From the IMG/VR virus record IMGVR_UViG_3300037010_003311, positions 124,001-188,000 of that record: a DNA stretch of 64,000 nucleotides; one strand, 5' to 3'. The position numbers and the translations under genes were made by a program. Shown here piece after piece: positions 40,655-49,485 of the stretch. Position 1 is the first letter of the stretch. Each line of letters begins with the position of its first letter. Below the pieces are notes generated by a model that saw only the letters and a program-made list of their open reading frames with translations, was not told the origin of the DNA and searched no databases.

Positions 40655-40835
40655 GGGGACCTAGTAGCTACTAGGTCCCCTGGTACATATGTTTATACTC
40701 TAAAACAAACTCCGTACCACTTCTAAAGGCATGAACTAACATAAGGATGCTCGTTCATCTACCTTTGGCCAAAGATTATAGACTAGCTTTAGGATTTTGA
40801 ATTGGATCACTAAATCCATCGTCGCTACCCGGACT
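40655..40835 (-). ncRNA. Candidate multi-hairpin RNA / leader
   Basis: Non-coding and GC-richer than flanks; successive stems AAAGGT/GCCTTT + ATGAAC/GTTCAT, TGGTAC/GTACCA + GTTTGT/ATAAAC, and a 26-bp perfect palindrome at 40655-40680. Mismatches resolve as G-U on the minus strand. Confidence 0.5.
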
Positions 40836-40843
40836 TATAATTT

Positions 40844-41209
40844 TTAAAAAATATTTTTGATTAAATTACTAGTAGGAACTAAATCCGATTTATTCATAAT
40901 AATAAATGGTCCGCGTTCATCACTCGTAGTATTAATTGTTACGCGATTCTCTTCCATAATTTCGCGATACTGATTAGTCTTAGCGACCGCCTCATCACGA
41001 ATGGTAAGTAAAAAAGCATTTTTACATTTTAAAATTTGATAAGAGCTTCTAGTGTAAGAAGTCCCACCTTCCGAAAATACATATGGATATCCCTCACTAT
41101 CATAACCAGCAAAATGCCCTTCATTAATACCAAATTCGGTATTGTGTTCTTGGTACATAACTGGATCATTAAGTTCCAAAACTATTTCATTATACCTGTC
41201 GCATCTCAT
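40844..41209 (-). CDS. Hypothetical protein
   Basis: 121 aa; AAGGA RBS; upstream TATAGAAATAT motif. Confidence 0.7.
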   Translation of the reverse strand: MRCDRYNEIVLELNDPVMYQEHNTEFGINEGHFAGYDSEGYPYVFSEGGTSYTRSSYQILKCKNAFLLTIRDEAVAKTNQYREIMEENRVTINTTSDERGPFIIMNKSDLVPTSNLIKNIF

Positions 41210-41327
41210 TTCTAATCCTTTATTTTTAATTATTTTAATATTTCTATAATAATTTAAATATAATATTGGCTAACAATAAATACAATGATTGAAACTAAGT
41301 ACTATTAAAAAAAAGTTTTCACATGAT

Positions 41328-42065
41328 TCATACTATACATCTTGGTTTATTCGTTTTAACCGATCCAATATTAAGTATTTTATACAATTCGTTATCTTGA
41401 GTCATTATGTGAGTGCACCCTTCATCGATGGCAATTGCTAATTCATTTTGCCAAATAGTACCATCCCAAGCGTTAGTCTCTGGTAAATTAACAGAAGCCA
41501 TAAAAATACGTTTAGTTTCATCGTTTGGTGAAACTTCATCATTGTTGTCTTCTACAATGTACCAATCTTCAGCAAGTACATCGGTTTGTGATGCTAACCA
41601 CGGTACAATTTTGTTATCTGCGGTTTTCATATCAATATGGGCATTGTAATTGATTTCGGTACCTTCCGGATAAATACCAAGTAACGGTGCACGATTCACT
41701 TTAAACGTACTACCGGGTACAAGAAATAAAAACATACCTTTGCCATTCCAGCCAGTTCTAGCAACTTTATTACCCGTCTTTAATGCTTGGATGGCTTCCC
41801 CAAAATTTAAACCACTTGCAATTGGACTAGGTTCTGATTCCACAAATGGTTCAAAATTAGCATGGAAGTATTCTTTTGTCACTAACCATTGATCATCATG
41901 ATTCCTTGGGTTACGAGCTACCATGTCTCCCTGTTTAGGTTTATTGCCCACTGTGTCTACTGGCATCGAAATCGTTGATATATCTAATCCAAACATAACT
42001 TCTTCAAAAGTTACTGGTCTAAGTTCAGCTATTGCTGATCTTTTATATTTTTTAAAATTTTTCAT
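41328..42065 (-). CDS. Tad2/DUF2829 anti-defence sponge domain fused to extra N- and C-terminal domains
   Basis: LNFGEAIQALKTGNKVARTGWNGKGMFL...VPWLASQTDVLAEDW is the DUF2829/Tad2 signature. Confidence 0.85.
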   Translation of the reverse strand: MKNFKKYKRSAIAELRPVTFEEVMFGLDISTISMPVDTVGNKPKQGDMVARNPRNHDDQWLVTKEYFHANFEPFVESEPSPIASGLNFGEAIQALKTGNKVARTGWNGKGMFLFLVPGSTFKVNRAPLLGIYPEGTEINYNAHIDMKTADNKIVPWLASQTDVLAEDWYIVEDNNDEVSPNDETKRIFMASVNLPETNAWDGTIWQNELAIAIDEGCTHIMTQDNELYKILNIGSVKTNKPRCIV

Positions 42066-42135
42066 TATATTATTTCCTTTTAAAATCTAAGTTCATATGC
42101 TAGAACTTTAGTAGCTGATAATAAAGCATTGGTTC

Positions 42136-42231
42136 CTAATTATGGTTTGTGGTGACACCAATTTTATCTTGTATTAAACCATCAAGTGTATCTCGATCAA
42201 AATCGCGCAAATTATTTTTCATATTATCCAT
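42136..42231 (-). CDS. 31-aa small ORF (possibly a gene remnant)
   Basis: Strong GGAGG RBS and upstream promoter motif; MDNMKNNLRDFDRDTLDGLIQDKIGVTTNHN. Confidence 0.4.
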   Translation of the reverse strand: MDNMKNNLRDFDRDTLDGLIQDKIGVTTNHN

Positions 42232-42336
42232 CTTATGTCCTCCCTTTTAATTAATTACATAAATATTTCTATATTAGAAAAAATAGTAAAACAACTATTG
42301 ATAAAATGAGGTACGTCTCAAAAATTAGGATTTTCG

Positions 42337-42402
42337 CGACAGGAAAACTTGCGACTACTAACATAAAGTGAGGAGACAATATGTTAGCAGTTGCAAGTTT
42401 TC
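42337..42402 (-). terminator. Terminator of tRNA transcript with C/U-rich loop
   Basis: ~22-bp stem, loop TTGTCTCCTCACTT, ending TTTTCCTGTCG. Confidence 0.75.
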
Positions 42403-42410
42403 AATATTAA

Positions 42411-42486
42411 TGGTGGAGAATAGCGGGGTCGAACCGCTGACCTACTGCTTGCAAGGCAGTCGCTCTCCCAACTGAGCTAATTCCCC
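42411..42486 (-). tRNA. tRNA-Ala(TGC)
   Basis: GGGGAAT TA GCTC..GAGC G ACTGC CT TGC AA GCAGT..AGCGG TTCGACC CCGCT ATTCTCC A CCA; G3-U70 pair; encoded CCA. Confidence 0.97.
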
Positions 42487-42506
42487 ATTAAAATATGCAA
42501 TTCAAG

Positions 42507-42618
42507 TGTCTAAGTATAACTTAATCATTAAGAATTTTATACAACAAGGAAATCATAAAGGAGGACAAAGAATGGGAAATCAAAGAACGGCAACATGGAT
42601 TAAGGTTATACTTAGACA
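42507..42618 (-). ncRNA. Candidate sRNA: 20-bp closing stem with ~70-nt C/U-rich loop
   Basis: TGTCTAAGTATAAC(C)TTAATC stem; the loop contains TTTGTCCTCCTTTATGATTTCCTT; AACAAAT motif directly upstream. Confidence 0.5.
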
Positions 42619-42693
42619 ACTATTTGTTATCACTATTTAAAATACCAAGCAAGTGCAACTTAGGTCTTATTTTGTGTAGGAACTATTTAAACA

Positions 42694-42773
42694 TGGCTGG
42701 GGAATGTAGGATTCAAACCTACAATCTCTATATTGTAAATATAGAGCTCTAATCATTTGGAGTAAATTTTCCC
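42694..42773 (-). pseudogene. Degenerate tRNA-Val(TAC)-like element
   Basis: Intact anticodon stem CTATA-TTTACAA-TATAG and T stem GTAGG/CCTAC, but T loop TTTGAAT and mispaired acceptor and D stems. Confidence 0.65.
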
Positions 42774-42778
42774 ATTAT

Positions 42779-42854
42779 TGGATCGGAGTGGAGGGTTCGA
42801 ACCTCCGACACGCAGCGCCAAAAGCTGCTGTTCTACCAACTGAACTAACTCCGA
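42779..42854 (-). tRNA. tRNA-Gln(TTG)
   Basis: TCGGAGT TA GTTC..GAAC A GCAGC TT TTG GC GCTGC..GGAGG TTCGAAC CCTCC ACTCCGA T CCA; U1-A72 pair. Confidence 0.93.
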
Positions 42855-42860
42855 ATAGGA

Positions 42861-43029
42861 GATAGCCGCGCCATCATTGATTACACAGTAGAGGTGTTTT
42901 AACTTATCTAGTATATTAAACTGGTTCACATATCTGCTTCACATTTTTACATCATGACTTCTCACCCCGGTCTGATATAACGCTGCTAAATAACGATTTT
43001 AAGTTTAATGGCATTCATCATCTGGCCAA
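42861..43029 (-). ncRNA. Candidate structured RNA upstream of tRNA-Gln
   Basis: Several long-range helices with G-U pairs on the minus strand; no ORF. Confidence 0.4.
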
Positions 43030-43045
43030 GATTAGATATTAGTTA

Positions 43046-44050
43046 TTAACGAGTTTGATAATTTACCATATCCGAAATGAGTTCATCTAACTTTTTATTA
43101 TATTTCGATATAGTTAATGGAATAAACATATTTTTAAGCATCCGTTTATTAATCTCTTCTTTGTAAACTTTAGTGTACTTAATCATATCTAAGTTCGAAT
43201 ATAAATCTTCTTTTTTACAAATTTTTATAATTTTACTAAGAACCTCTGTTAAATAATTATCACAAATATTTTGATCAGTTACTGTAAAACCAATATTAAA
43301 AATTAAGTTTTCTCGGTTTTTTGAACACTCAATAATTTTTAATAATTCCGGTTTAACATATTTTGATTCTATATTTGTGAACACTCTACGGATTTTTGGA
43401 TTTATAATACACGGTTTATTATTGATAACATTATGAATTAAAGTTGGTAATACCATCCCTGATTCTGGCTCATGGCCTATTCCAGTAATATTAAAAAATC
43501 TTACTATTTGTACATTAGGCAATTCTCTAAATAAGAACTCGGATACTAATTTTTGGCTCGCGTAGCCACCACGTTTGCTCAAAAGCGGGTTACTTATAGA
43601 TATTGGGGAATTATCAATTATATCCCCATTCTCTCCAAATACTTCGCTACTACTAGCAAACACTAATGGTATTTTACTCTTTTCAATAAAGTTATACACT
43701 TTAAGATTAATAGTTAACGCATCAGCAATTGTATTTTGATTAAGAATATTATTAACTCCAACTGGACTAGCAAGATGTATACAACAATCAAAAAAATGTT
43801 TCTTAAACTTAGGAAGTTTCTCTTTTACTAAATCTATATTATAACGAATAAGATTTTTATCATTGTAGTTATCTAAAAGGCGGCTACGACCATAATGCGT
43901 AATAACCTTAGGTTCATCCCCACCAATCATATAATTATATTCTTTATCAATTATATGAACTCTATAATTAAGATCTAATAGCCATTTAGTTATATGACTT
44001 CCAATAAAACCAGCTCCTCCAATAATTAAAATATTTTTCTTTTTTTTCAT
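43046..44050 (-). CDS. NAD-dependent nucleotide-sugar epimerase/dehydratase (extended SDR)
   Basis: GGAGFIG, HLASPVG, ASSSEVFG, YASQK, RFFN. Confidence 0.9.
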   Translation of the reverse strand: MKKKKNILIIGGAGFIGSHITKWLLDLNYRVHIIDKEYNYMIGGDEPKVITHYGRSRLLDNYNDKNLIRYNIDLVKEKLPKFKKHFFDCCIHLASPVGVNNILNQNTIADALTINLKVYNFIEKSKIPLVFASSSEVFGENGDIIDNSPISISNPLLSKRGGYASQKLVSEFLFRELPNVQIVRFFNITGIGHEPESGMVLPTLIHNVINNKPCIINPKIRRVFTNIESKYVKPELLKIIECSKNRENLIFNIGFTVTDQNICDNYLTEVLSKIIKICKKEDLYSNLDMIKYTKVYKEEINKRMLKNMFIPLTISKYNKKLDELISDMVNYQTR

Positions 44051-44129
44051 TATTAGTCCTTGGTATTAATTGAATTTATCTATATATTTCTATAATAGGT
44101 TAAATCGTTGATATCCGAACTATCAGTAA

Positions 44130-44918
44130 TTAGAACCAACCCAATGCTAACATAGTTTCTAATTCTACAATTGAATAAGATTGTAGGTTATCATACCTAT
44201 AAATACTTTTTTTAGAAATCAAATTATTTAAAAACATTTTAGTTACTTGGCAAGTTTGTTTAATAAAGTTTTCCTTATTAATAATGAAATTTACAATTTG
44301 ATCTTTGTCACCAACAAAACTACCATTCTTTAATTGAAATATTAAACCTTTATTTCTTGTACTATCATATACACGTGGAATATTTAAAATAAGATATTCT
44401 TTGATATTAGAACGAATATATCTTTCCATTGCTAATTTAAATACCGCATAATTATTAAATTCTTCTATATCAACCGTTGGTGCACTAAAACCTAGATTAT
44501 TAATCTTTACTGGTATCTCCTGGAATGTAGCCATACTACTAGCAAATATTAGCTTACATTTTAATGCTTTAGCAAGTTGTACGATATTAATAGTACCATC
44601 AATCATGGTTTGGCTAGTTTTAACTTCATTTTGGAAATCAAACTTATCACTAGGGCTTGCAAAATGAATAATGCAATCAACATTTTTAAATGACCGGTAC
44701 ATACTAACGATTTTCGAATCGCGTATATCTGAATCAATATAAATAATTTTATCAAATCGTTTAGTAAGTTCTGGCTTTAGTAATCCAATAAGATAACCTT
44801 TGCCACCAGTTATTAACGCTGTACCCATTATCCGTTTATTAATTTTCTTTTGTTCATCTTCAAATATAAATGTATTGGTGTTTACTATTTTGATATCATT
44901 TTGTTTCTTGGAGTTCAC
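44130..44918 (-). CDS. Second SDR nucleotide-sugar epimerase/reductase
   Basis: ITGGKGYLIG, IHFAS, FASS, YAVFK; true start may be ATG 44828. Confidence 0.8.
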   Translation of the reverse strand: MNSKKQNDIKIVNTNTFIFEDEQKKINKRIMGTALITGGKGYLIGLLKPELTKRFDKIIYIDSDIRDSKIVSMYRSFKNVDCIIHFASPSDKFDFQNEVKTSQTMIDGTINIVQLAKALKCKLIFASSMATFQEIPVKINNLGFSAPTVDIEEFNNYAVFKLAMERYIRSNIKEYLILNIPRVYDSTRNKGLIFQLKNGSFVGDKDQIVNFIINKENFIKQTCQVTKMFLNNLISKKSIYRYDNLQSYSIVELETMLALGWF

Positions 44919-45369
44919 TATCTTTTCCTAATCTTATATAAAATATTCCATTTGGATAACTATTTATTTCGGCTAAATTATTTTTAAACTCATATAATGT
45001 TTCTGGATCATAAAAAGGAATATCCAGCATCTTCATTATTTCGTAATCATCATCTAATTGATGACCAATACCAAATTTTTCATAACCATACTTACCAGCA
45101 TTACAAATTATAATTTTACCGAAGTGTGATCCAAAGTGTTTACAACTAAATTTTAACTGTTCGAGCCTATGAATAATAAATCCGGCAACACCATAAATGT
45201 AAACGGTGTTACCTTCCGAAGCAATACCAGCTGCTACATTAACTAAATTGCTTTCACCAAGATTACAATTTATAATTTTAGCTTTAGATGGAAATCGTTC
45301 GGTATTCCACATATCTGCATGCAGTAGGTAATCAGTATCTTTTAAACTATCAGCAAAGGTCATGCGCAT
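44896..45369 (-). CDS. Transketolase-like pyrimidine-binding subunit (short)
   Basis: NCNLGESNLVNVAAGIASEG, F..HRLEQLK, G.GH, YIRLG. Confidence 0.85.
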   Translation of the reverse strand: MRMTFADSLKDTDYLLHADMWNTERFPSKAKIINCNLGESNLVNVAAGIASEGNTVYIYGVAGFIIHRLEQLKFSCKHFGSHFGKIIICNAGKYGYEKFGIGHQLDDDYEIMKMLDIPFYDPETLYEFKNNLAEINSYPNGIFYIRLGKDSELQETK

Positions 45370-45423
45370 AATAATTCCTTTTTAAGGCAAATATACGATT
45401 TCTATGTTCGATATAATTTATCA

Positions 45424-46173
45424 TCATTTAATAAACCTTTCCAGAAACTTCATCTTTTTTAATTTATCGCTAATGGTAAGTCCATTAAGATGTTTTAAAC
45501 TTTCTAGATTTTTATAGTGCCATTTAACCGAATCAATTTCCATCTCTAGTACTCCATCACCCTTTATCGTATGAATAAAGATAACCACTGGTTTTACTTT
45601 CAGTTCCTGACAATTGGATACTTTTTTAAATTGCTCATCAAAGCTTCGTACCAAATTTATTTTTGGATTAATATATATATCCCAGACCTCCCAATCATTT
45701 ATTTCAAACAATTGTATGTATGAGGAATGTAACTTATTGTCAGCGAGAGGGCCAGTTAATTGCATTTTATTAAAATCTATAGTTACTACCATTTGTAATT
45801 GGTTTTGGCCAATGAACTGGATCGCTTCATATGTAGGCCCCATCTGTAAAGCGGCATCGCTAATATTAACCCATGTTGGTTTATCGGATACTAGACTAAT
45901 TCCAGCCGCTACCCCTAAAGCGTTACCAAGAGTCTCTTCGCTGAAATTTACAAATGGTAACTCTTTATGCTTAATACCATAAGAATATTCAGAAATTGGT
46001 TTAATTGTGGTATCTAACCAACCATTCTTTTCCCAAGTATAATAATAAGCTTCTGCCCCAAACGGTTTACCAATTACTATATTCCAATCTTTAGTTACTA
46101 ACCCATTACTAAATATATAATCTAAATAGTATAATTGTGAAAGAGCACTAGGTATATGCATATTATAACCCAA
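45424..46173 (-). CDS. Transketolase-like TPP-binding subunit
   Basis: HIPSALS, TLGNALGVAAG, SDAALQMG..YEA...DFNKMQ, HTIKGDGV, WHY. Confidence 0.85.
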   Translation of the reverse strand: MGYNMHIPSALSQLYYLDYIFSNGLVTKDWNIVIGKPFGAEAYYYTWEKNGWLDTTIKPISEYSYGIKHKELPFVNFSEETLGNALGVAAGISLVSDKPTWVNISDAALQMGPTYEAIQFIGQNQLQMVVTIDFNKMQLTGPLADNKLHSSYIQLFEINDWEVWDIYINPKINLVRSFDEQFKKVSNCQELKVKPVVIFIHTIKGDGVLEMEIDSVKWHYKNLESLKHLNGLTISDKLKKMKFLERFIK

Positions 46174-47026
46174 ACAATGATTTTAAATCTTCTGTTATGG
46201 AATACCCAATTGAATACTCCATCGGTGTATATTCATTTAAAATTTTTATTAACTTAGTATCTATTTCTCTATTAAAGACTGGAGCGATTAATTTATATGA
46301 ATCATTCATACCAAATAATTTGCAGTTAAATATTTCATAATTTAACCGAATCATAATTCTTTTATGATTAAACAGTTTTAATTTATTATTTTGATCGGTC
46401 GTGTCTAATATACAACTATTTTCGTAAATATTTGGGAAATAGCTAAAAATATTATTTTTTGTATATAATGGAAATTCATAAAATCTTTTATATAAATCAA
46501 TTATTAAATCAATATCATTTTTAAGTAGTGGCTCAAAAGGTTTCCAAATAGAACCAGATAAAGCACTGGTTCTATAATATGGTCTCGGCCCATCTTTTAT
46601 TTCAAAATCATTAACGGTAGGATTCGTTTTCGAAAGTACTTTAACCGCTTCAATATACTCACTAAAACTTGGAATATATGGTTCATTACTAGTAGCAGCT
46701 GCAATTAAAGCTTCATGACAATTAATCATCTGCTTTAAATCAATACTACACTCAATTTCCAAATCTTTAAGTAACTTATTACTAATTTTAAAATTTTCAA
46801 TTATTTCAGGTGTAATATTTGCTGCATTATAGAAGTTATTATTATAATGATCTTCTAAACTAGCAAGAGATTTATAATAATAAGTAAAGTTAATATCGCG
46901 GAATACAAACCCCGCCGAGTCATCTATAAATATTATAGGATTAAGAGCCGTTGCTGCATCATCAGCGTACAGCTCATTAATGTATTTCGTTTCCGCCTCA
47001 ATTATGGCTTGCCTCGATTCGTTCAT
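46163..47026 (-). CDS. Hypothetical protein in tailoring cluster
   Basis: Likely start 47026 (AAGGGGG RBS); overlaps the downstream gene. Confidence 0.65.
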   Translation of the reverse strand: MNESRQAIIEAETKYINELYADDAATALNPIIFIDDSAGFVFRDINFTYYYKSLASLEDHYNNNFYNAANITPEIIENFKISNKLLKDLEIECSIDLKQMINCHEALIAAATSNEPYIPSFSEYIEAVKVLSKTNPTVNDFEIKDGPRPYYRTSALSGSIWKPFEPLLKNDIDLIIDLYKRFYEFPLYTKNNIFSYFPNIYENSCILDTTDQNNKLKLFNHKRIMIRLNYEIFNCKLFGMNDSYKLIAPVFNREIDTKLIKILNEYTPMEYSIGYSITEDLKSLFGL

Positions 47027-47067
47027 GGTTTCCCCCTTTAAATAGATTTGAATCACAGTTAAGCGAA

Positions 47068-48042
47068 TCAATAATTACATATACTAAATGTTAATAATTC
47101 GGAATCCGAAACATTTGAATTATCTATTTTTATTTCAGAAAGAATAGTTTCAATCTCTTTTATTTTAATAGTTTTTGTTTCGTTTTCGTAATGTATTTCT
47201 ACTTCATCTTTATTTATAAAAAATGATGCTGATGGGTTATAGTTCAACGAGGTTTTATCTAATTTCGAAGTATTGTACATATCAAATATTTTTTCTATAT
47301 CGGAAAACTTATCGATAATAGGTTCCCGGCCATAATTAAGAAATTTAAAATTATCTCGAACAAAGTCGAAGCATTCTTTATAGCTTTTAATAAATGTTAT
47401 AGTTTTATATATTTTGAACTTATTTAATACACTTGCTTCAGTAATATTAAATGGTTCAAAGATTCTATAATCGAACCCAATATTAATATAGATATTCTCT
47501 AAATTAAGAGTTTTTAAATACTCTAAAAATCCTAAATACTTTTTAGGATCTTCTGTAACAACTAAATTCAAATTAACATAACCATAATATTTATATGTTG
47601 TTATAATATTTTGAATTATAAATTTTAGTGACCATCTTGGTCCGTTTGTACGTTCTGGGTCCTCGATATGTGGACTAATAACCATATCAACATTCTCTAT
47701 TTTATAGAGCTCTTTAATTATAGTATTAAACTTTTTTATCGGTATTTCACCATTAGTGAAAACATAACCTTTATAATTTTCAATGACTTGTTGCTTATAT
47801 CGCATTAGCTCAATAAAATATGGAGCTAATAATAGTTCACCACCAGCTTCCATAAATATTTTACCTTGCTTTGGCATTACATGATTAAAGTATGGTACTA
47901 TATCGAAGTTTCCAGAATGGTTTTCGGTTATTGTATTATTTAGAAAATTATAACAGAAGTCACATTTTAAATTACATTCGGTGTACCACTCGACACATAT
48001 AATAATATCATCTGGATCAATACTGATTCGGTGGGAACTCAT
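47068..48042 (-). CDS. Radical SAM protein
   Basis: CNLKCDFC, GGE, FTNG. Confidence 0.9.
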   Translation of the reverse strand: MSSHRISIDPDDIIICVEWYTECNLKCDFCYNFLNNTITENHSGNFDIVPYFNHVMPKQGKIFMEAGGELLLAPYFIELMRYKQQVIENYKGYVFTNGEIPIKKFNTIIKELYKIENVDMVISPHIEDPERTNGPRWSLKFIIQNIITTYKYYGYVNLNLVVTEDPKKYLGFLEYLKTLNLENIYINIGFDYRIFEPFNITEASVLNKFKIYKTITFIKSYKECFDFVRDNFKFLNYGREPIIDKFSDIEKIFDMYNTSKLDKTSLNYNPSASFFINKDEVEIHYENETKTIKIKEIETILSEIKIDNSNVSDSELLTFSICNY

Positions 48043-48626
48043 TAATAATCCTTAATTATAAACATCGGGTACTTAGGAGCTTTCATTTGGAAAGCATAAT
48101 CAACTAAAAATTTTTTTTCATCTTCGAAATTATTAAGAAATGGTTTTTGTACAAAAATATAATTATTAAAAATTAAAAAGGTATCTATCAATGGTACAAT
48201 CCCAGTAGTTAAAACATGATCGAATAGTAGATCGGCAAACTTAATACCACAATATTGTTTAATAATCAAATTATCTTTATTTGGATAGTTCTTTATAAAC
48301 TCTATAATATCTTGATCAGGTAAAGCGTTAGGATTTATTATGTTAGTATAATTATTATTAATTTTATAGAAAAAGTTTTTATCCTGGATGCGTGGGGTAA
48401 ATACTTCTAATTTAGTATGATCGCTTGCAACCTTAAAGCCATAATGTTCGTGAGCAAGAAGTGTACTAACTACATCAGACTGCTTGAAATCAAGAATCTT
48501 TTCTATAAGTGGTTCATAAAAGCCATAATCATCTAAAAATTCTTGAATCTTTCTAGTTTTAATATATTTAATTTTTTCTTCATTGCTAAAAATTTCATCA
48601 CCTTTTATTTGAATAATATTTCCCAT
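48042..48626 (-). CDS. Hypothetical protein in tailoring cluster
   Basis: Likely start 48626 (GAGG RBS); TAATG coupling to the next gene. Confidence 0.65.
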   Translation of the reverse strand: MGNIIQIKGDEIFSNEEKIKYIKTRKIQEFLDDYGFYEPLIEKILDFKQSDVVSTLLAHEHYGFKVASDHTKLEVFTPRIQDKNFFYKINNNYTNIINPNALPDQDIIEFIKNYPNKDNLIIKQYCGIKFADLLFDHVLTTGIVPLIDTFLIFNNYIFVQKPFLNNFEDEKKFLVDYAFQMKAPKYPMFIIKDY

Positions 48627-48636
48627 ATTAATACCT

Positions 48637-49485
48637 CTAATTTTCCCAAAACTCATTATCAAAATAACAAAAATTATTATGACATTGAGATATTATATAT
48701 TCGTTACCACTAAAATTAAATTCCGAAAGTTTGATGCCAGTTTTATTAGTAAATATATCATTAAAACATTTATATACTACATTATCCTGAATAAATAAAA
48801 CGAAATTTTTAATATGGCACCGTTTATTAAAACTAGAGGTATTATTTTTCCATATTTCATAATTACTTAATTTATTAAACCGATGCGGTATAAATGCCCA
48901 ATCATTTTTTAAATACTTAAAATTTTTATCTTGTTCCAAAGAAACTAAATGTTTACTACTTGGACTAGCATCAAGTTTTTTTGGTAATAATGGATAGTAT
49001 TGAACTTTGTCTTTATAAATCAATTTTAACTTTTTATATAATTCGATATTTGACCGAGGTAGATCCATTATGGAGATTTCGTTAAGATTTGAACTAAATG
49101 TATTAATTGTTTTTAGTAGTTCAATAAATTTAGTTTCAGTATAATGAAAAGAGTAATTTAATTTTATATCAGGGTATGATGCTACGGCTGCTTCGACTAC
49201 CGCGGGGTTAGAACCATTAGTCTGCAAAATTATAGAACCAAAGTAACTTTTAGCTAATAGTATTAAATCTATAAGTTCTGGGTGCAAAGTAGGTTCGCCT
49301 CCAAATATAAATAAAATATTATTATCAATACCTGATTCTTTAACCCTAAGTTTATCGAAAAAATTTTTTAGATTCAAGAAATCTATTTTTGTATAGTCTA
49401 TAGATGATTCAAGCGATTTATGCATATCCTCACAATACGGACAATTGTAATTACAACTTTCAATTAATCGGTACTCTATTTTCAT
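48637..49485 (-). CDS. Radical SAM protein with C-terminal Cys cluster
   Basis: CNYNCPYC, GGEPTLHP, QTNGS; C...C...CHNNFC. Confidence 0.92.
   Translation of the reverse strand: MKIEYRLIESCNYNCPYCEDMHKSLESSIDYTKIDFLNLKNFFDKLRVKESGIDNNILFIFGGEPTLHPELIDLILLAKSYFGSIILQTNGSNPAVVEAAVASYPDIKLNYSFHYTETKFIELLKTINTFSSNLNEISIMDLPRSNIELYKKLKLIYKDKVQYYPLLPKKLDASPSSKHLVSLEQDKNFKYLKNDWAFIPHRFNKLSNYEIWKNNTSSFNKRCHIKNFVLFIQDNVVYKCFNDIFTNKTGIKLSEFNFSGNEYIISQCHNNFCYFDNEFWEN

Noticed and set aside
40655-40835. Known c-di-GMP riboswitch
   Set aside because: I could not identify the GEMM consensus elements by eye; kept only as an unassigned structured RNA.
43005-43029. Hammerhead ribozyme
   Set aside because: The sequence reads GATGATGA rather than CTGATGA, and there is no matching GAAA core.
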